Positions 37,254 to 46,143 of a stretch of 64,000 nucleotides of DNA are shown here, piece after piece. Source of the DNA: an uncultured bacterium (lineage in GTDB: Bacteria; Bacillota_I; Bacilli_A; RFN20; CAG-826); contig CASFTG010000003.1 of the NCBI GenBank assembly GCA_949297805.1, positions 3,996 through 67,995 on the forward strand. Reading direction: 5' to 3'. The position numbers and the translations under genes were made by a program. How positions within the stretch are numbered: the first letter of the stretch is position 1; every line of letters begins with the position of its first letter. The notes under the pieces were generated by a model, which was not told the DNA's origin, did no database searches, and worked only from the letters and a program-made list of their open reading frames with translations.

Positions 37254-38306
37254 ATGAAAATTGTATATTTAGCTTCGATTGCAACGAAAAGGCAGCATTT
37301 TGACGGAGAACGCAACAAATCCTTGGATGTCCTTAAGGCTTTGAAAACTAAATATAAGCGCGTTAAATCATTCAATCTTGGCAATCGATATCTTCAGCCT
37401 TTCGTTATGGCCTTGTGGTTTTTGTGGATCATTTTTTGGAAACCGGATTGCGTTTTTATTGCGAAATCTCCTTCTGGCGCTGGCAGAGCTTTGGCTTATC
37501 TTAGGCGGCTAAAGTTTGATATGCGAAAAGTTGTTATCTATTCTTATGGCCTTGGCATTGACGGTGGCTTTCAGCGGTACATTAAAGACACCAGCATATT
37601 TAAAGAGGCCGGATTGATTATTGCGGAAAACACATACTCACGCGAAAGTTTTGAAAAGCACGGATGTGAGAGGCTTGCTACATTCCCGTGCCTGAAACCG
37701 TCGTATACTTTGCCCGCTGATGGGCCTTTTTGCCAAAAGAAAACTTTGAAATCTTTGTTTTTTGCTCGGCTCACGGAAGATAAAGGATTGTTTATTGCCA
37801 TTGAATCGGTTATTGAAGTTAATGAGCGTGCGGGTTTTGAAAAGTTTACTTTGGATATAGCCGGAAAGCCCAAAGACAAGGAGACCGAAGATAAAATCAA
37901 ATCCTTTTCTAATAAATATGGCTACATTCGTTATCTTGGGACTTCATTCACCATTACCGGGAGAGAATCGTATTTACGTCTCATGACTTATGATCTGAAT
38001 ATTTTCCCCAGCTACTACGAGCACGAATGCGCGCCCGGTTCGGTCGTGGACATGTTTATTGCCGGCGTTCCGACATTAAGTTCTGATTTCGATGGAAGTC
38101 ACATCATGTTAGGCGACGATTGCGCTTATTTCGCTCCTCAACGCGATTTAGATGCAAATATTCGGGCTTTGGAAACCATTTATGATCATCAAGAGGAATT
38201 GTATTCAAAGCGAGAATCCTGTCGGAAAAGAGCCCCTATATATTCATATGAGGAATTTCTAAAAGTTTTCGATTCGGCGGTGTCGAAAATAGACAGCAAA
38301 GATTAG
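37254..38306 (+). CDS. Glycosyltransferase (GT-B, family 4-like, divergent)
   Basis: 350 aa. Has a FFARLTEDKGL motif and a C-terminal E…E-like region (…YYEHECAPGSVVDMFIAGVPTL…). Confidence 0.6.
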   Translation: MKIVYLASIATKRQHFDGERNKSLDVLKALKTKYKRVKSFNLGNRYLQPFVMALWFLWIIFWKPDCVFIAKSPSGAGRALAYLRRLKFDMRKVVIYSYGLGIDGGFQRYIKDTSIFKEAGLIIAENTYSRESFEKHGCERLATFPCLKPSYTLPADGPFCQKKTLKSLFFARLTEDKGLFIAIESVIEVNERAGFEKFTLDIAGKPKDKETEDKIKSFSNKYGYIRYLGTSFTITGRESYLRLMTYDLNIFPSYYEHECAPGSVVDMFIAGVPTLSSDFDGSHIMLGDDCAYFAPQRDLDANIRALETIYDHQEELYSKRESCRKRAPIYSYEEFLKVFDSAVSKIDSKD

Positions 38307-38476
38307 AAACCTGATTTTGGCCTCCGTATTATTTGCTGGTCGGCAAAGTGGTAAGGCTTTATTACTCCGATACGGCAATAGAAAACAAGAGCATTTAATG
38401 ATGGCTAAGGTTTTTCGCCCCCATATTCATAAGAAAGTAACTTTATGGTTGATTAATTGACGCGGTAATCACACTT

Positions 38477-39133
38477 GTGTACGATAGCCACGGTTTGCTT
38501 ATGGAAAACAACGAAACCCCATATCAATTTAGAACGAGCCAAAAGATATACCTTCCTTTCAAAAGGTTCTGCGATATCTTCTGTTCTTTGATGGCCATCA
38601 TCTTGCTGAGTTGGTTGCTGATTATTGCCGCGATCATCACCAAATGCACCTCTAAGGGACCGGTCTTGTTCAAACAGAAACGGATCGGCAAGAACGAAAA
38701 ACTCTTCACCGTCTATAAATTCCGTTCGATGCGGATCGACGCCCCCCAAGTCGCCACCAGCGAATTAGCGGTCACCGAGCAAAAGGATTTGACCACCAAA
38801 TGGGGCCGGATCATGCGGAAGACGTCAATCGATGAACTTCCCCAGTTGTTCAATATCCTCTTTGGCCAGATGTCTTTTGTTGGGCCCCGCCCGGGCCAGG
38901 ATAAAGACCACGAGATGGAATTATATGTCGCTAGGCATAATTCCAACCCTTCGGCCTATATGGTCCGTCCCGGCTTATCCGGCATGGCCCAGATTTACAT
39001 GCACCGGGACCATGATCCGATCAAGAAGGCCGAATGGGATTCAAAGTATGTCCGTTCGGTCTCGGCTTGGACCGATATTAAGTTATTTGTCTTATCCTTC
39101 TTCGTCTTGTTCGGTTATGACGCCGGAAGGTAA
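38477..39133 (+). CDS. Initiating sugar-phosphate transferase (bacterial sugar transferase, WbaP/CpsE C-terminal-domain type)
   Basis: …LFKQKRIGKNEKLFTVYKFRSM…DELPQLFNILFGQMSFVGPRP… is the PF02397 signature. Start is GTG 38477 or ATG 38501. Confidence 0.85.
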   Translation: MYDSHGLLMENNETPYQFRTSQKIYLPFKRFCDIFCSLMAIILLSWLLIIAAIITKCTSKGPVLFKQKRIGKNEKLFTVYKFRSMRIDAPQVATSELAVTEQKDLTTKWGRIMRKTSIDELPQLFNILFGQMSFVGPRPGQDKDHEMELYVARHNSNPSAYMVRPGLSGMAQIYMHRDHDPIKKAEWDSKYVRSVSAWTDIKLFVLSFFVLFGYDAGR

Positions 39134-39156
39134 TTCATTATCGAGCCCATTTGTTC

Positions 39157-39162
39157 TATAAT
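39157..39162 (+). promoter_or_regulatory. Candidate sigma70-type -10 box (TATAAT) with TTCATT -35 located 17 nt upstream, for gpmA
   Basis: TTCATT(39134-39139)-N17-TATAAT, followed by SD AAAGGAAG and ATG 39197. Confidence 0.35.
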
Positions 39163-39196
39163 CCCCTCGTCACCAAGAAAGGAAGCAAATATCACT

Positions 39197-39904
39197 ATGG
39201 TCAAATTAGTCTTGCTCCGGCATGGCCAGTCCGAATGGAACCTCAAGAACCTTTTCACCGGCTGGACCGATGTCGAGTTGTCGGAAACCGGCGTTAAGGA
39301 AGCCCATGAGGCCGGCAGAGCCCTCAAAGCGAACGGCTATAGCTTCGACATCGCCTTCTCCTCAGTTCTCAAAAGAGCCAACCACACGATGGATTACGCC
39401 TTGGAGGAAATGGGCGAAACCAATATCCCGAAGTATTATTCCTGGAGATTGAACGAACGCCATTACGGGGCCTTGCAGGGGCTCAACAAAGCCGAATCGG
39501 CCAAGAAGTGGGGCGATGAGCAGGTCCACATCTGGCGTCGTTCGGCCGATGTCCCGCCTCTAGCCTTGACGGAGGATGATGAGCGGTGGCCGGGCAACCA
39601 GGAGACTTATAAGAAACTCATCGAGGCCGGGGAGATGACGATCGAGGATTGCCCCCTCACCGAATGCCTAATCGACACCGCCAAGCGGGTCAAACCCTAT
39701 TGGGATGAGAAAATCGCCCCCGAGATCAAAGAGGGCAAGAAGGTCTTGATCGCCGCCCACGGCAACTCGCTTCGGGCCATCGTCATGATGCTGGAACACC
39801 TCACCCCAGAGCAGATCATCTCGGTCGAGATCCCGACTGGCAAGCCGCTGGTGTATGAACTCGACGAGAAGACCCTCAAGGTCCTTAACAAGTACTATCT
39901 CTAA
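39197..39904 (+). CDS. gpmA: 2,3-bisphosphoglycerate-dependent phosphoglycerate mutase
   Basis: [12 protein letters not shown]…FTGWTDV…ERHYGALQG… are canonical dPGM motifs. Total 235 aa. Confidence 0.92.
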   Translation: MVKLVLLRHGQSEWNLKNLFTGWTDVELSETGVKEAHEAGRALKANGYSFDIAFSSVLKRANHTMDYALEEMGETNIPKYYSWRLNERHYGALQGLNKAESAKKWGDEQVHIWRRSADVPPLALTEDDERWPGNQETYKKLIEAGEMTIEDCPLTECLIDTAKRVKPYWDEKIAPEIKEGKKVLIAAHGNSLRAIVMMLEHLTPEQIISVEIPTGKPLVYELDEKTLKVLNKYYL

Positions 39905-39926
39905 TTCGAGTAACCTCCAACATTTG

Positions 39927-39955
39927 GATGGGCATTGTCCCATCCTTTTGTTTTA
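39927..39955 (+). terminator. Rho-independent terminator after gpmA
   Basis: GGATGGG-cattgt-CCCATCC followed by TTTTGTTTT. Confidence 0.7.
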
Positions 39956-39965
39956 AAATAAGCGC

Positions 39966-40883
39966 ATGGATGAGAAGAAAAGGCTGATCGATATCCTGCT
40001 CGATCCCGGCTGGGTCGGCTCGTTGCTTTCCTTTTCTTTCGTCGCCGCCTTCGCCTTGGGGATTTATTTCAATTACGCCTATTACGGCCATATCGCCGTT
40101 TATGTCGCTTTGGCGATACTGGATTTATTCTCTTTCGCCTATTTAGTCTATCTGATCGTCATCTTCTGCATAAGGATATACAAAGGGCATGTCTTTCCTT
40201 GGCTATATGGCCATAAGCTCACTAAGCCATTGGTGACTAACTACGCTTTGCAATCGGCGGTTTCGGCGATCATATCGGTCGCCATCAACGTCGGGTTCGC
40301 CATCTTCAACTTGGTCATCGCCATCCTCAATTCCTCGATATGGTACGGGGCCTTCGCCGCCTATTACTTTGTCTTGATTGCCCTGCGGACGAGCATCGTC
40401 GGCTCGTATTATCGATCGGCGAGGAAGCATTGGTTCGACAAAAAGGCCTTGGAATTATCGAAAAAGAAAATATCGCTGGCCAATGGATGCTTCCTTTTCC
40501 TAATGGAGGCCTCGATGGCTTTCCTCATTGGCCATATGGTCGTCGATACCCCGCCGGTGGTCCAGTCGGTGGCCTTCGCGGTGGTCAACGCCATCTACGC
40601 TTTGTATAAGCTGATCGTCGCCATCGTCAACACGGTGATATCGCGCTTAAGCGGGGATCCGATCGGGAAATCGCTCAAAGACATCTCGTTAGCTGATACC
40701 TGCATGTCGCTTATGAGCTTGACGGTGGTCATGATCTCGACCTTTTCCGCCGATAGCCATACCCTCGTCAAGGCGATCGTCGGCTTCGGGGCTTGCTTAG
40801 TGGTCGGCCTCCTCTGCGTCATGACCATCATCCGGGAAGCGGTGGGGATATACCGCTTCAACCATCAACCTAAGAACGGATGA
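39966..40883 (+). CDS. Polytopic membrane protein, function unknown
   Basis: 305 aa and about 8 TM helices. No recognisable motifs. Confidence 0.6.
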   Translation: MDEKKRLIDILLDPGWVGSLLSFSFVAAFALGIYFNYAYYGHIAVYVALAILDLFSFAYLVYLIVIFCIRIYKGHVFPWLYGHKLTKPLVTNYALQSAVSAIISVAINVGFAIFNLVIAILNSSIWYGAFAAYYFVLIALRTSIVGSYYRSARKHWFDKKALELSKKKISLANGCFLFLMEASMAFLIGHMVVDTPPVVQSVAFAVVNAIYALYKLIVAIVNTVISRLSGDPIGKSLKDISLADTCMSLMSLTVVMISTFSADSHTLVKAIVGFGACLVVGLLCVMTIIREAVGIYRFNHQPKNG

Positions 40884-42082
40884 TCGAGGTGGATGACGAA
40901 GTTATGCTTGATCGGCTCGTCTTTGAAGCCGTTCGATAAGGCTTGCTTAATGGTCGATAGGTCGGCTTTCTTATCCTCATAAGGGACCACCACGTCGAAT
41001 AAGACGTTGATGTGGCTCGGCCCTTTGACCAGGCGGAAGTCATGGATCGACAAGGAAGAGTCGAAATCGCGGAGTATCGCGAGGCACTTGGCTTTGGCTT
41101 TGTCGGTTTCCTCGTCGTTTAAGACCACTGGGTCCATATGGATGGTGATCTCAACCCCAAAACGCTCCCGGACCTCTTCTTCGATGTTATCGATGTGGTC
41201 ATGGATATCGACGATGTCCTCGTGGCTATCGACCTCAGCATGAAGGGAGATGAACATCTTATTCGGCCCATAGGAATGGCAGATGACATCATGGACCCCT
41301 TTGATTTCCGGATGGGCCATGACGGCATCGATGATCTTCTTGGCATAGCCCTTATCGGTCGCTTCGCCGATTAAAGGAGACGAGGTCTCTTTGACCATCT
41401 TGATGCCCGAGACGGCGATGACGACCGATAGGGCAATGCCTAAATAGCCGTCTAAGAAGCCAAGCGGATAGAACAAAGAAATAAGGGCTAAGATGGCGAT
41501 GACGCCAGTTGAGATCGAATCGGTGAAGGAATCGGTCGCGGTGGCTTTTAGACTGGGGGAATCGATGGCTTTGCCTAAGCCTAAGTTCACATAGCCTTGG
41601 AATATCTTTAAGAACACCGAGACGACCATGACGATGACGGCGAAGAGGTCATAGATGGCTTCTTCTTGGTTGATGATCTTCTCAACCGAGGTCATCAATA
41701 ATTCTAAGCCGGCGGCGATGACGAAGACGGCGACCACTAAGCCGGCGATGTATTCGATTCTTTGATGGCCAAAGGGATGGTCGGCGTCAGCCGGTTTCTG
41801 GCTGAGTTTGAACCCGACTAAGGTGATGATTGAGGAGGCGGCGTCGGAGATGTTATTGACCGCATCGCCGATTAAAGCCATTGAGAAGATCCAGTGGTTA
41901 TTGGCGGCTGAGACGAAAGCGGCCGTCAGCTTTAGGGTGATGAGGAGGCAATTGGTGATGATCCCGAAGATGCCGCCTAGGCGTCCATGGGCGTATCGGA
42001 CTTCCTCGTTATCGACTTGATCGTAATGCTTGATGAATAGTTTTCTTAATAGGGTGACCATAACGGGTAAAAGGTATAGCAC
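40865..42082 (-). CDS. Cation diffusion facilitator family divalent-metal efflux transporter
   Basis: 6 TM segments plus a C-terminal cytoplasmic domain with a His-rich dimerisation region (…HDVICHSYGPNKMFISLHAEVDSHEDIVDIHDHIDNIEE…). Confidence 0.85.
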   Translation of the reverse strand: MLYLLPVMVTLLRKLFIKHYDQVDNEEVRYAHGRLGGIFGIITNCLLITLKLTAAFVSAANNHWIFSMALIGDAVNNISDAASSIITLVGFKLSQKPADADHPFGHQRIEYIAGLVVAVFVIAAGLELLMTSVEKIINQEEAIYDLFAVIVMVVSVFLKIFQGYVNLGLGKAIDSPSLKATATDSFTDSISTGVIAILALISLFYPLGFLDGYLGIALSVVIAVSGIKMVKETSSPLIGEATDKGYAKKIIDAVMAHPEIKGVHDVICHSYGPNKMFISLHAEVDSHEDIVDIHDHIDNIEEEVRERFGVEITIHMDPVVLNDEETDKAKAKCLAILRDFDSSLSIHDFRLVKGPSHINVLFDVVVPYEDKKADLSTIKQALSNGFKDEPIKHNFVIHLDHPFLG

Positions 42083-42135
42083 TGTAACGGGAGGATTTCC
42101 ACTAGGCTAAAGAAGATGGGATAATAGGGCCACCC

Positions 42136-43341
42136 ATGGGAAGCAACGTTAAGCATATCGTCGTGGTCGGAGCCGGGTATGTCGGCTTGGCCAATGCTTT
42201 GATCCTCTCTCGCCATAATGAGGTCACCTTGGTCGATATCGATGCCGGAAGGATATCGGTATTAAAGCAAGGCCATTCCCCGATTGAGGAAGAGGATATC
42301 GAGGAGTATCTACCTTCCTCTAATTTGCGTTTCTCTTTGGTTGACCCGGAAGCTTATAAGTCGGCTGATATCGTCTTGATTGCCGTCCCGACTAATTACG
42401 ATCCATCCCTCCATCATTTCGATACTAAGAACGTCGATGGGGTCATCGAGGAGGTTATAGCGGTTAATCCTTTGGCCCGGATCGTCATCAAGTCGACCGT
42501 CCCGGTCGGCTATACCTTCGCCAAGGCTAAGCAATATCCTTCTTCTGAGATCTATTTCTCCCCTGAGTTCTTGCGGGAAGGGAAAGCCTTATACGATAAC
42601 CTCCATCCCTCCCGGATCATCGTTGGGGTCACCAGCCGAGACAATGAACGGTTAGCCTTCGCCGATGAGTTTGTCAATTTGTTAAAGGCGGGCTCGGATG
42701 AAGAAGAGGTCGCTTCCTTCGTCATGGGCTCCTCGGAGGCCGAAGCGGTTAAGCTATTCGCCAATACCTATTTGGCCTTGCGGATCGCTTACTTCAATGA
42801 GCTCGATTCCTATGCCGAGACCCAAGGGCTTAATACGAAAGAGATTATTGAGGGGGTCAGCTACGATCCGCGGATTGGGGATTACTACAACAATCCTTCG
42901 TTCGGCTACGGGGGTTATTGCTTGCCTAAGGATACTAAACAGCTTAAAGCTAACTTCGCTTCTGTCCCCAATAACCTCATCGGGGCCATCATCGAGTCGA
43001 ATAAGACCCGGAAGGATTTCATCGCCGAGCAGATAGCCAAGAAGGTTCAGGGAATTGATGATCCTCTTGTTGGGGCGTACCGCTTAACGATGAAAAGCCA
43101 TTCCGATAACTTCCGGGAGTCCTCGGTCTTGGGGATCATCGAGCGGCTGAAGAGCAAGCATATCCGCCTGGTTATTTACGAACCGTTGCTCAAAGATAAG
43201 GAATTTGAAGGGATAACGGTCATCAATGACCTAAATGAGTTCAAATCCCAATGCGATTTGGTCATTTGCAACCGAATGGATGAGGATTTGCAGGATATTT
43301 CCCATAAAGTCTATACACGGGATTTGTATCTGAGGGATTGA
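42136..43341 (+). CDS. ugd: UDP-glucose 6-dehydrogenase
   Basis: N-terminal Rossmann VVVGAGYVGLANALIL and a catalytic region GYGGYCLPKDTKQL. Total 401 aa. Confidence 0.9.
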   Translation: MGSNVKHIVVVGAGYVGLANALILSRHNEVTLVDIDAGRISVLKQGHSPIEEEDIEEYLPSSNLRFSLVDPEAYKSADIVLIAVPTNYDPSLHHFDTKNVDGVIEEVIAVNPLARIVIKSTVPVGYTFAKAKQYPSSEIYFSPEFLREGKALYDNLHPSRIIVGVTSRDNERLAFADEFVNLLKAGSDEEEVASFVMGSSEAEAVKLFANTYLALRIAYFNELDSYAETQGLNTKEIIEGVSYDPRIGDYYNNPSFGYGGYCLPKDTKQLKANFASVPNNLIGAIIESNKTRKDFIAEQIAKKVQGIDDPLVGAYRLTMKSHSDNFRESSVLGIIERLKSKHIRLVIYEPLLKDKEFEGITVINDLNEFKSQCDLVICNRMDEDLQDISHKVYTRDLYLRD

Positions 43342-43752
43342 TTTCCCGTCTTTGTTTTGCAGGTTTTTTCCGTTATTAGGTTGCGTTTTGCCACAAGCTG
43401 CTACAAATGCTACAAGCTGCTACAGCGTAATCTTATTTGCTTAATTCAGCATGCCGACCTTATTCACGGAGAGCTCAAGCAAGGCTCGATCGCGGTTCCC
43501 AGCCAAGGGGATGTCCTAAGCAACTATTTGGGGACGCCGTCCAAATAATCGCGTTTAAGGCAGAATGGGCGTTGGCCACATAGAAAGCGAATCCTTCGGC
43601 GTGTAGCCGGAATTTCTAGGAATAGAACACCTAGGATTACTGCAACAAAATACCTAGGATTACCGCAACGGAAGACCTGGATTTAGCGAAATGATACATT
43701 TCACCGTCTCATTTTCTAAAGAAGGCGTGAAGGTCCATCGATGGGTTTTTGG

Positions 43753-45081
43753 CTAATTCAGCAAGCCGGCTAGATAGACCGGGAGATACAGGACCGATCC
43801 TTTCTCCTTGATATTCGCGGTGCTGAGGACGATGGCTTGTTTGATACCATAGTCCTGACTATCTAATAGATTGCATAGGGCCACGTGGCGGGCATAGTCC
43901 TTGCCGGATTTGACCTCGATTGGGATGACCTCGCCATTGTGCTCGAGGAGGAAATCGACTTCCCCTCTGGTCTTGTCGTTGTAGTAATAACCGCCCTTAC
44001 CCTTATTCAGCTCTTGGGCGACGAAGTTCTCGAAGATGGCCCCATAGTTGATGCTTTTCTCTTTCTTTAACAGTTTCGTCCGGGTCCCGGTGGAGGAGAG
44101 CATATATGAAAGCAAGCCGACGTCATTGGCGAAGAGCTTAAGCAAGGCCCGGTCATGGTTTCGGGTCAAGGGGATGGTGGGGGAGACGGCGTTGTAGATG
44201 GGGACGGCGATCTCGGCCTCATTCAGCCAGTCGACGTAGTCCCCAAGCCGCCTTTGCCCAGAACGGGATAAGGGCAAGGAGTTTAGGTTATAGCGCTTGT
44301 TCTTCTTATCGATTTCCGAGGCTAAGTTGGCATAGCAGCTGATGATGCCGACTTTGTCTTCGTTCGGGGCATAACGGGCCATGTCTCCAAAATACCCATT
44401 TATGATGTCGTGCTGAAGGCTGCTGACCTCGGCTAAGGAATGATTGGCCATATAAGAGGAGACGGCTTTGGGGGTGCCGCCGATGACGAGGTATTCATAA
44501 AGGTAATTCAAAAGCAGTTGATGGATCGGCTCGTCGATGGGCTGGCGAGTTGCGATGTTCTCCCGGAAGGATTCGAATAAGGAACGGTCAAATCCTTTGG
44601 CCAGGCAATATTCCTCAAAGTTTAAAGGGCCAAGATGAAACTCGGTTAGGTATCCGACGGGATAGGAGGCGATCTTTTGAAGAGCCACCCCCAAAGCCGA
44701 ACCGGACAGGATATAGGAGTAACGGCCATCGATGGCTAGAGCTTTAATCATGGTTAGGATGTCGAAGTCCTGGTAATCCTGGATCTCGTCGATGAAGATG
44801 AGGGTCTCGCCGGGAAGCAGGGGCGCATCGGCGCTAGCCTGCAGCCGTTGGAAAAAGGTTTCTTTTGAATGGCAGCCTTCGAAGATGGCGGCCCGTTCAG
44901 GATCGAGGATCCGGTTGTATTCGATGAAAGACTTAAAGCATTGCTTACCGATTTTCTCGATGGTGTGGGTCTTGCCGGTTTGGCGGGCCCCTTTAAGCAA
45001 GGCTGGCTTGCCTTTATTCTGGGCCCAGGCCCGGAGGTCGTCTTCGATAAGACGGGTCAATTCTTGGCGTTCCATGCCCAT
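43753..45081 (-). CDS. AAA+ ATPase of the DUF4143 (AAA_14-DUF4143, COG1373) family, copy 1
   Basis: P-loop GARQTGKTH and Walker B LIFIDEIQ. The C-terminal DUF4143 block (…GEVDFLLEHNGEVIPIEVKSGKDY…LYLPVYLAGLL) is paralogous to 58620-59990. Confidence 0.8.
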   Translation of the reverse strand: MGMERQELTRLIEDDLRAWAQNKGKPALLKGARQTGKTHTIEKIGKQCFKSFIEYNRILDPERAAIFEGCHSKETFFQRLQASADAPLLPGETLIFIDEIQDYQDFDILTMIKALAIDGRYSYILSGSALGVALQKIASYPVGYLTEFHLGPLNFEEYCLAKGFDRSLFESFRENIATRQPIDEPIHQLLLNYLYEYLVIGGTPKAVSSYMANHSLAEVSSLQHDIINGYFGDMARYAPNEDKVGIISCYANLASEIDKKNKRYNLNSLPLSRSGQRRLGDYVDWLNEAEIAVPIYNAVSPTIPLTRNHDRALLKLFANDVGLLSYMLSSTGTRTKLLKKEKSINYGAIFENFVAQELNKGKGGYYYNDKTRGEVDFLLEHNGEVIPIEVKSGKDYARHVALCNLLDSQDYGIKQAIVLSTANIKEKGSVLYLPVYLAGLLN

Positions 45082-45175
45082 ATATTACATTCAAAAGTTG
45101 GAAAAATGCAAACACCTGTCACTTTTCCAATTGTAAAAATGTCATTTCCGGTCGCTTTTCCAACTAAAATTCCAT

Positions 45176-45500
45176 TCAACCGTAGATTTTGATGTCGGTT
45201 TTCAATATTTCCTTAGTCAACTCGAAACTGGGCAAGACCTCTTCATCCCGGAGGACGTCGACCCGTTTATGGAGCGTTTGCCGTATCCGTTCCATCAATC
45301 CGGTGAGTCCAAACCCTTTTAGGGAAGAGGAGACATAGAGGTCGACGTCGCTGTCGGGCTGGGCGTTCCCTTTGGCATGGCTGCCAAATAGCCAGCAGAA
45401 GTTTATTTGGCTTGGGTACTCCTCATTGAATAGCTTGTTTAAGCGGGCCTTAATCTCCTCGATGGCCCAAAGCCCTTTCTCTTCGGTGGTCTCGCAATGG
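45176..45500 (-). pseudogene. Minimal (MNT/KNTase-type) nucleotidyltransferase domain gene without a canonical in-frame start, possibly frameshifted
   Basis: Reverse-strand frame encodes …EEIKARLNKLFNEEYPSQINFCWLFGSHAKGNAQPDSDVDLYVSS…, which carries the GS…DxD NTase signature. There is no ATG/GTG/TTG in frame after the upstream stop. A short ATG-initiated ORF in a neighbouring frame (45546-45440) suggests an indel. Confidence 0.5.
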
Positions 45501-45768
45501 TTCTTTGGTTTTCTGATGTAGGCTTCTCTTTTGATCGAGCTCCCATAATGGTCTTTGGTTTCATAACGGCGATAGGTTTTTAGAGGAATCTCGATGATGG
45601 CTGAGGCTGCATTTTGGTGAGCCGGTATTTGTTACGAGTTTCTAATAATGTCATTGTTTAATTTCGAAGTTATAGTTTGTGTCCTCTAGAATCAATAAGG
45701 AAAGGACAAATTGGCCTATATCCTTATGATCAAGAGGACAAAAGGTTATCAACCTGCCCTTCCTTCAG

Positions 45769-45832
45769 AGTGTAGTCAGTGTAGTAAGTAGTGTAGTCGC
45801 AGTGTAGTCTTCCTACACTCGGACTACACTCT
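45769..45832. repeat. Short tandem/inverted repeat cluster (GTGTAGTC x4 then inverted GACTACAC)
   Basis: AGTGTAGTC-AGTGTAGTA-AGT-AGTGTAGTC-GC-AGTGTAGTC-TTCC-TACACTCGGACTACACTC. Confidence 0.8.
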
Positions 45833-45989
45833 ATACTAGAAAAACCGCTTATCATCGATGTTTAAGAGCGTTAAAACTACACTGTCATTATTCAGAACGC
45901 CGGATTGTTTGGCCTTGAAACGGGCGGTTAAATTGCCAGCGATGGTTTCGTTGTATAACCAAGGAAGTCGTGGATTGGCGTGCCACATT

Positions 45990-46072
45990 AGTTGCTTTAA
46001 CTTGTCGTTAGTTGCTCTAAGTTGCACTAATCGCCACAAAAGTTGCTCTAATTTGCTCTAACTTGCTTTATT
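45990..46072. repeat. Iteron-like tandem array of ~10-11-bp units (GTTGCTCTAA-like, ~6 copies)
   Basis: TTAGTTGCTTTAAC…TTAGTTGCTCTAAGTTGCACTAATCGCCACAAAAGTTGCTCTAATTTGCTCTAACTTGCTTTA. Confidence 0.8.
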
Positions 46073-46143
46073 TCGTTGGGCTGGCGGTCTGCCTATCCTT
46101 GAAGAAAAGCCTTGCCCGTTACGGCAAGGCCGATTGCGACCAA

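Noticed and set aside
43357-43548. 63-aa ORF in the ugd downstream intergenic region, plus ORFs 45858-46061 (+) and 45836-46039 (-)
   Set aside because: They lie wholly within repeat-rich non-coding DNA, have no RBS, and give repeat-driven low-complexity translations.
45700-46080. Possible CRISPR array suggested by short repeats
   Set aside because: The units are only 8-11 bp, mostly directly adjacent without unique spacers of uniform length. No cas genes are nearby. They are better described as iteron-like or simple tandem repeats.
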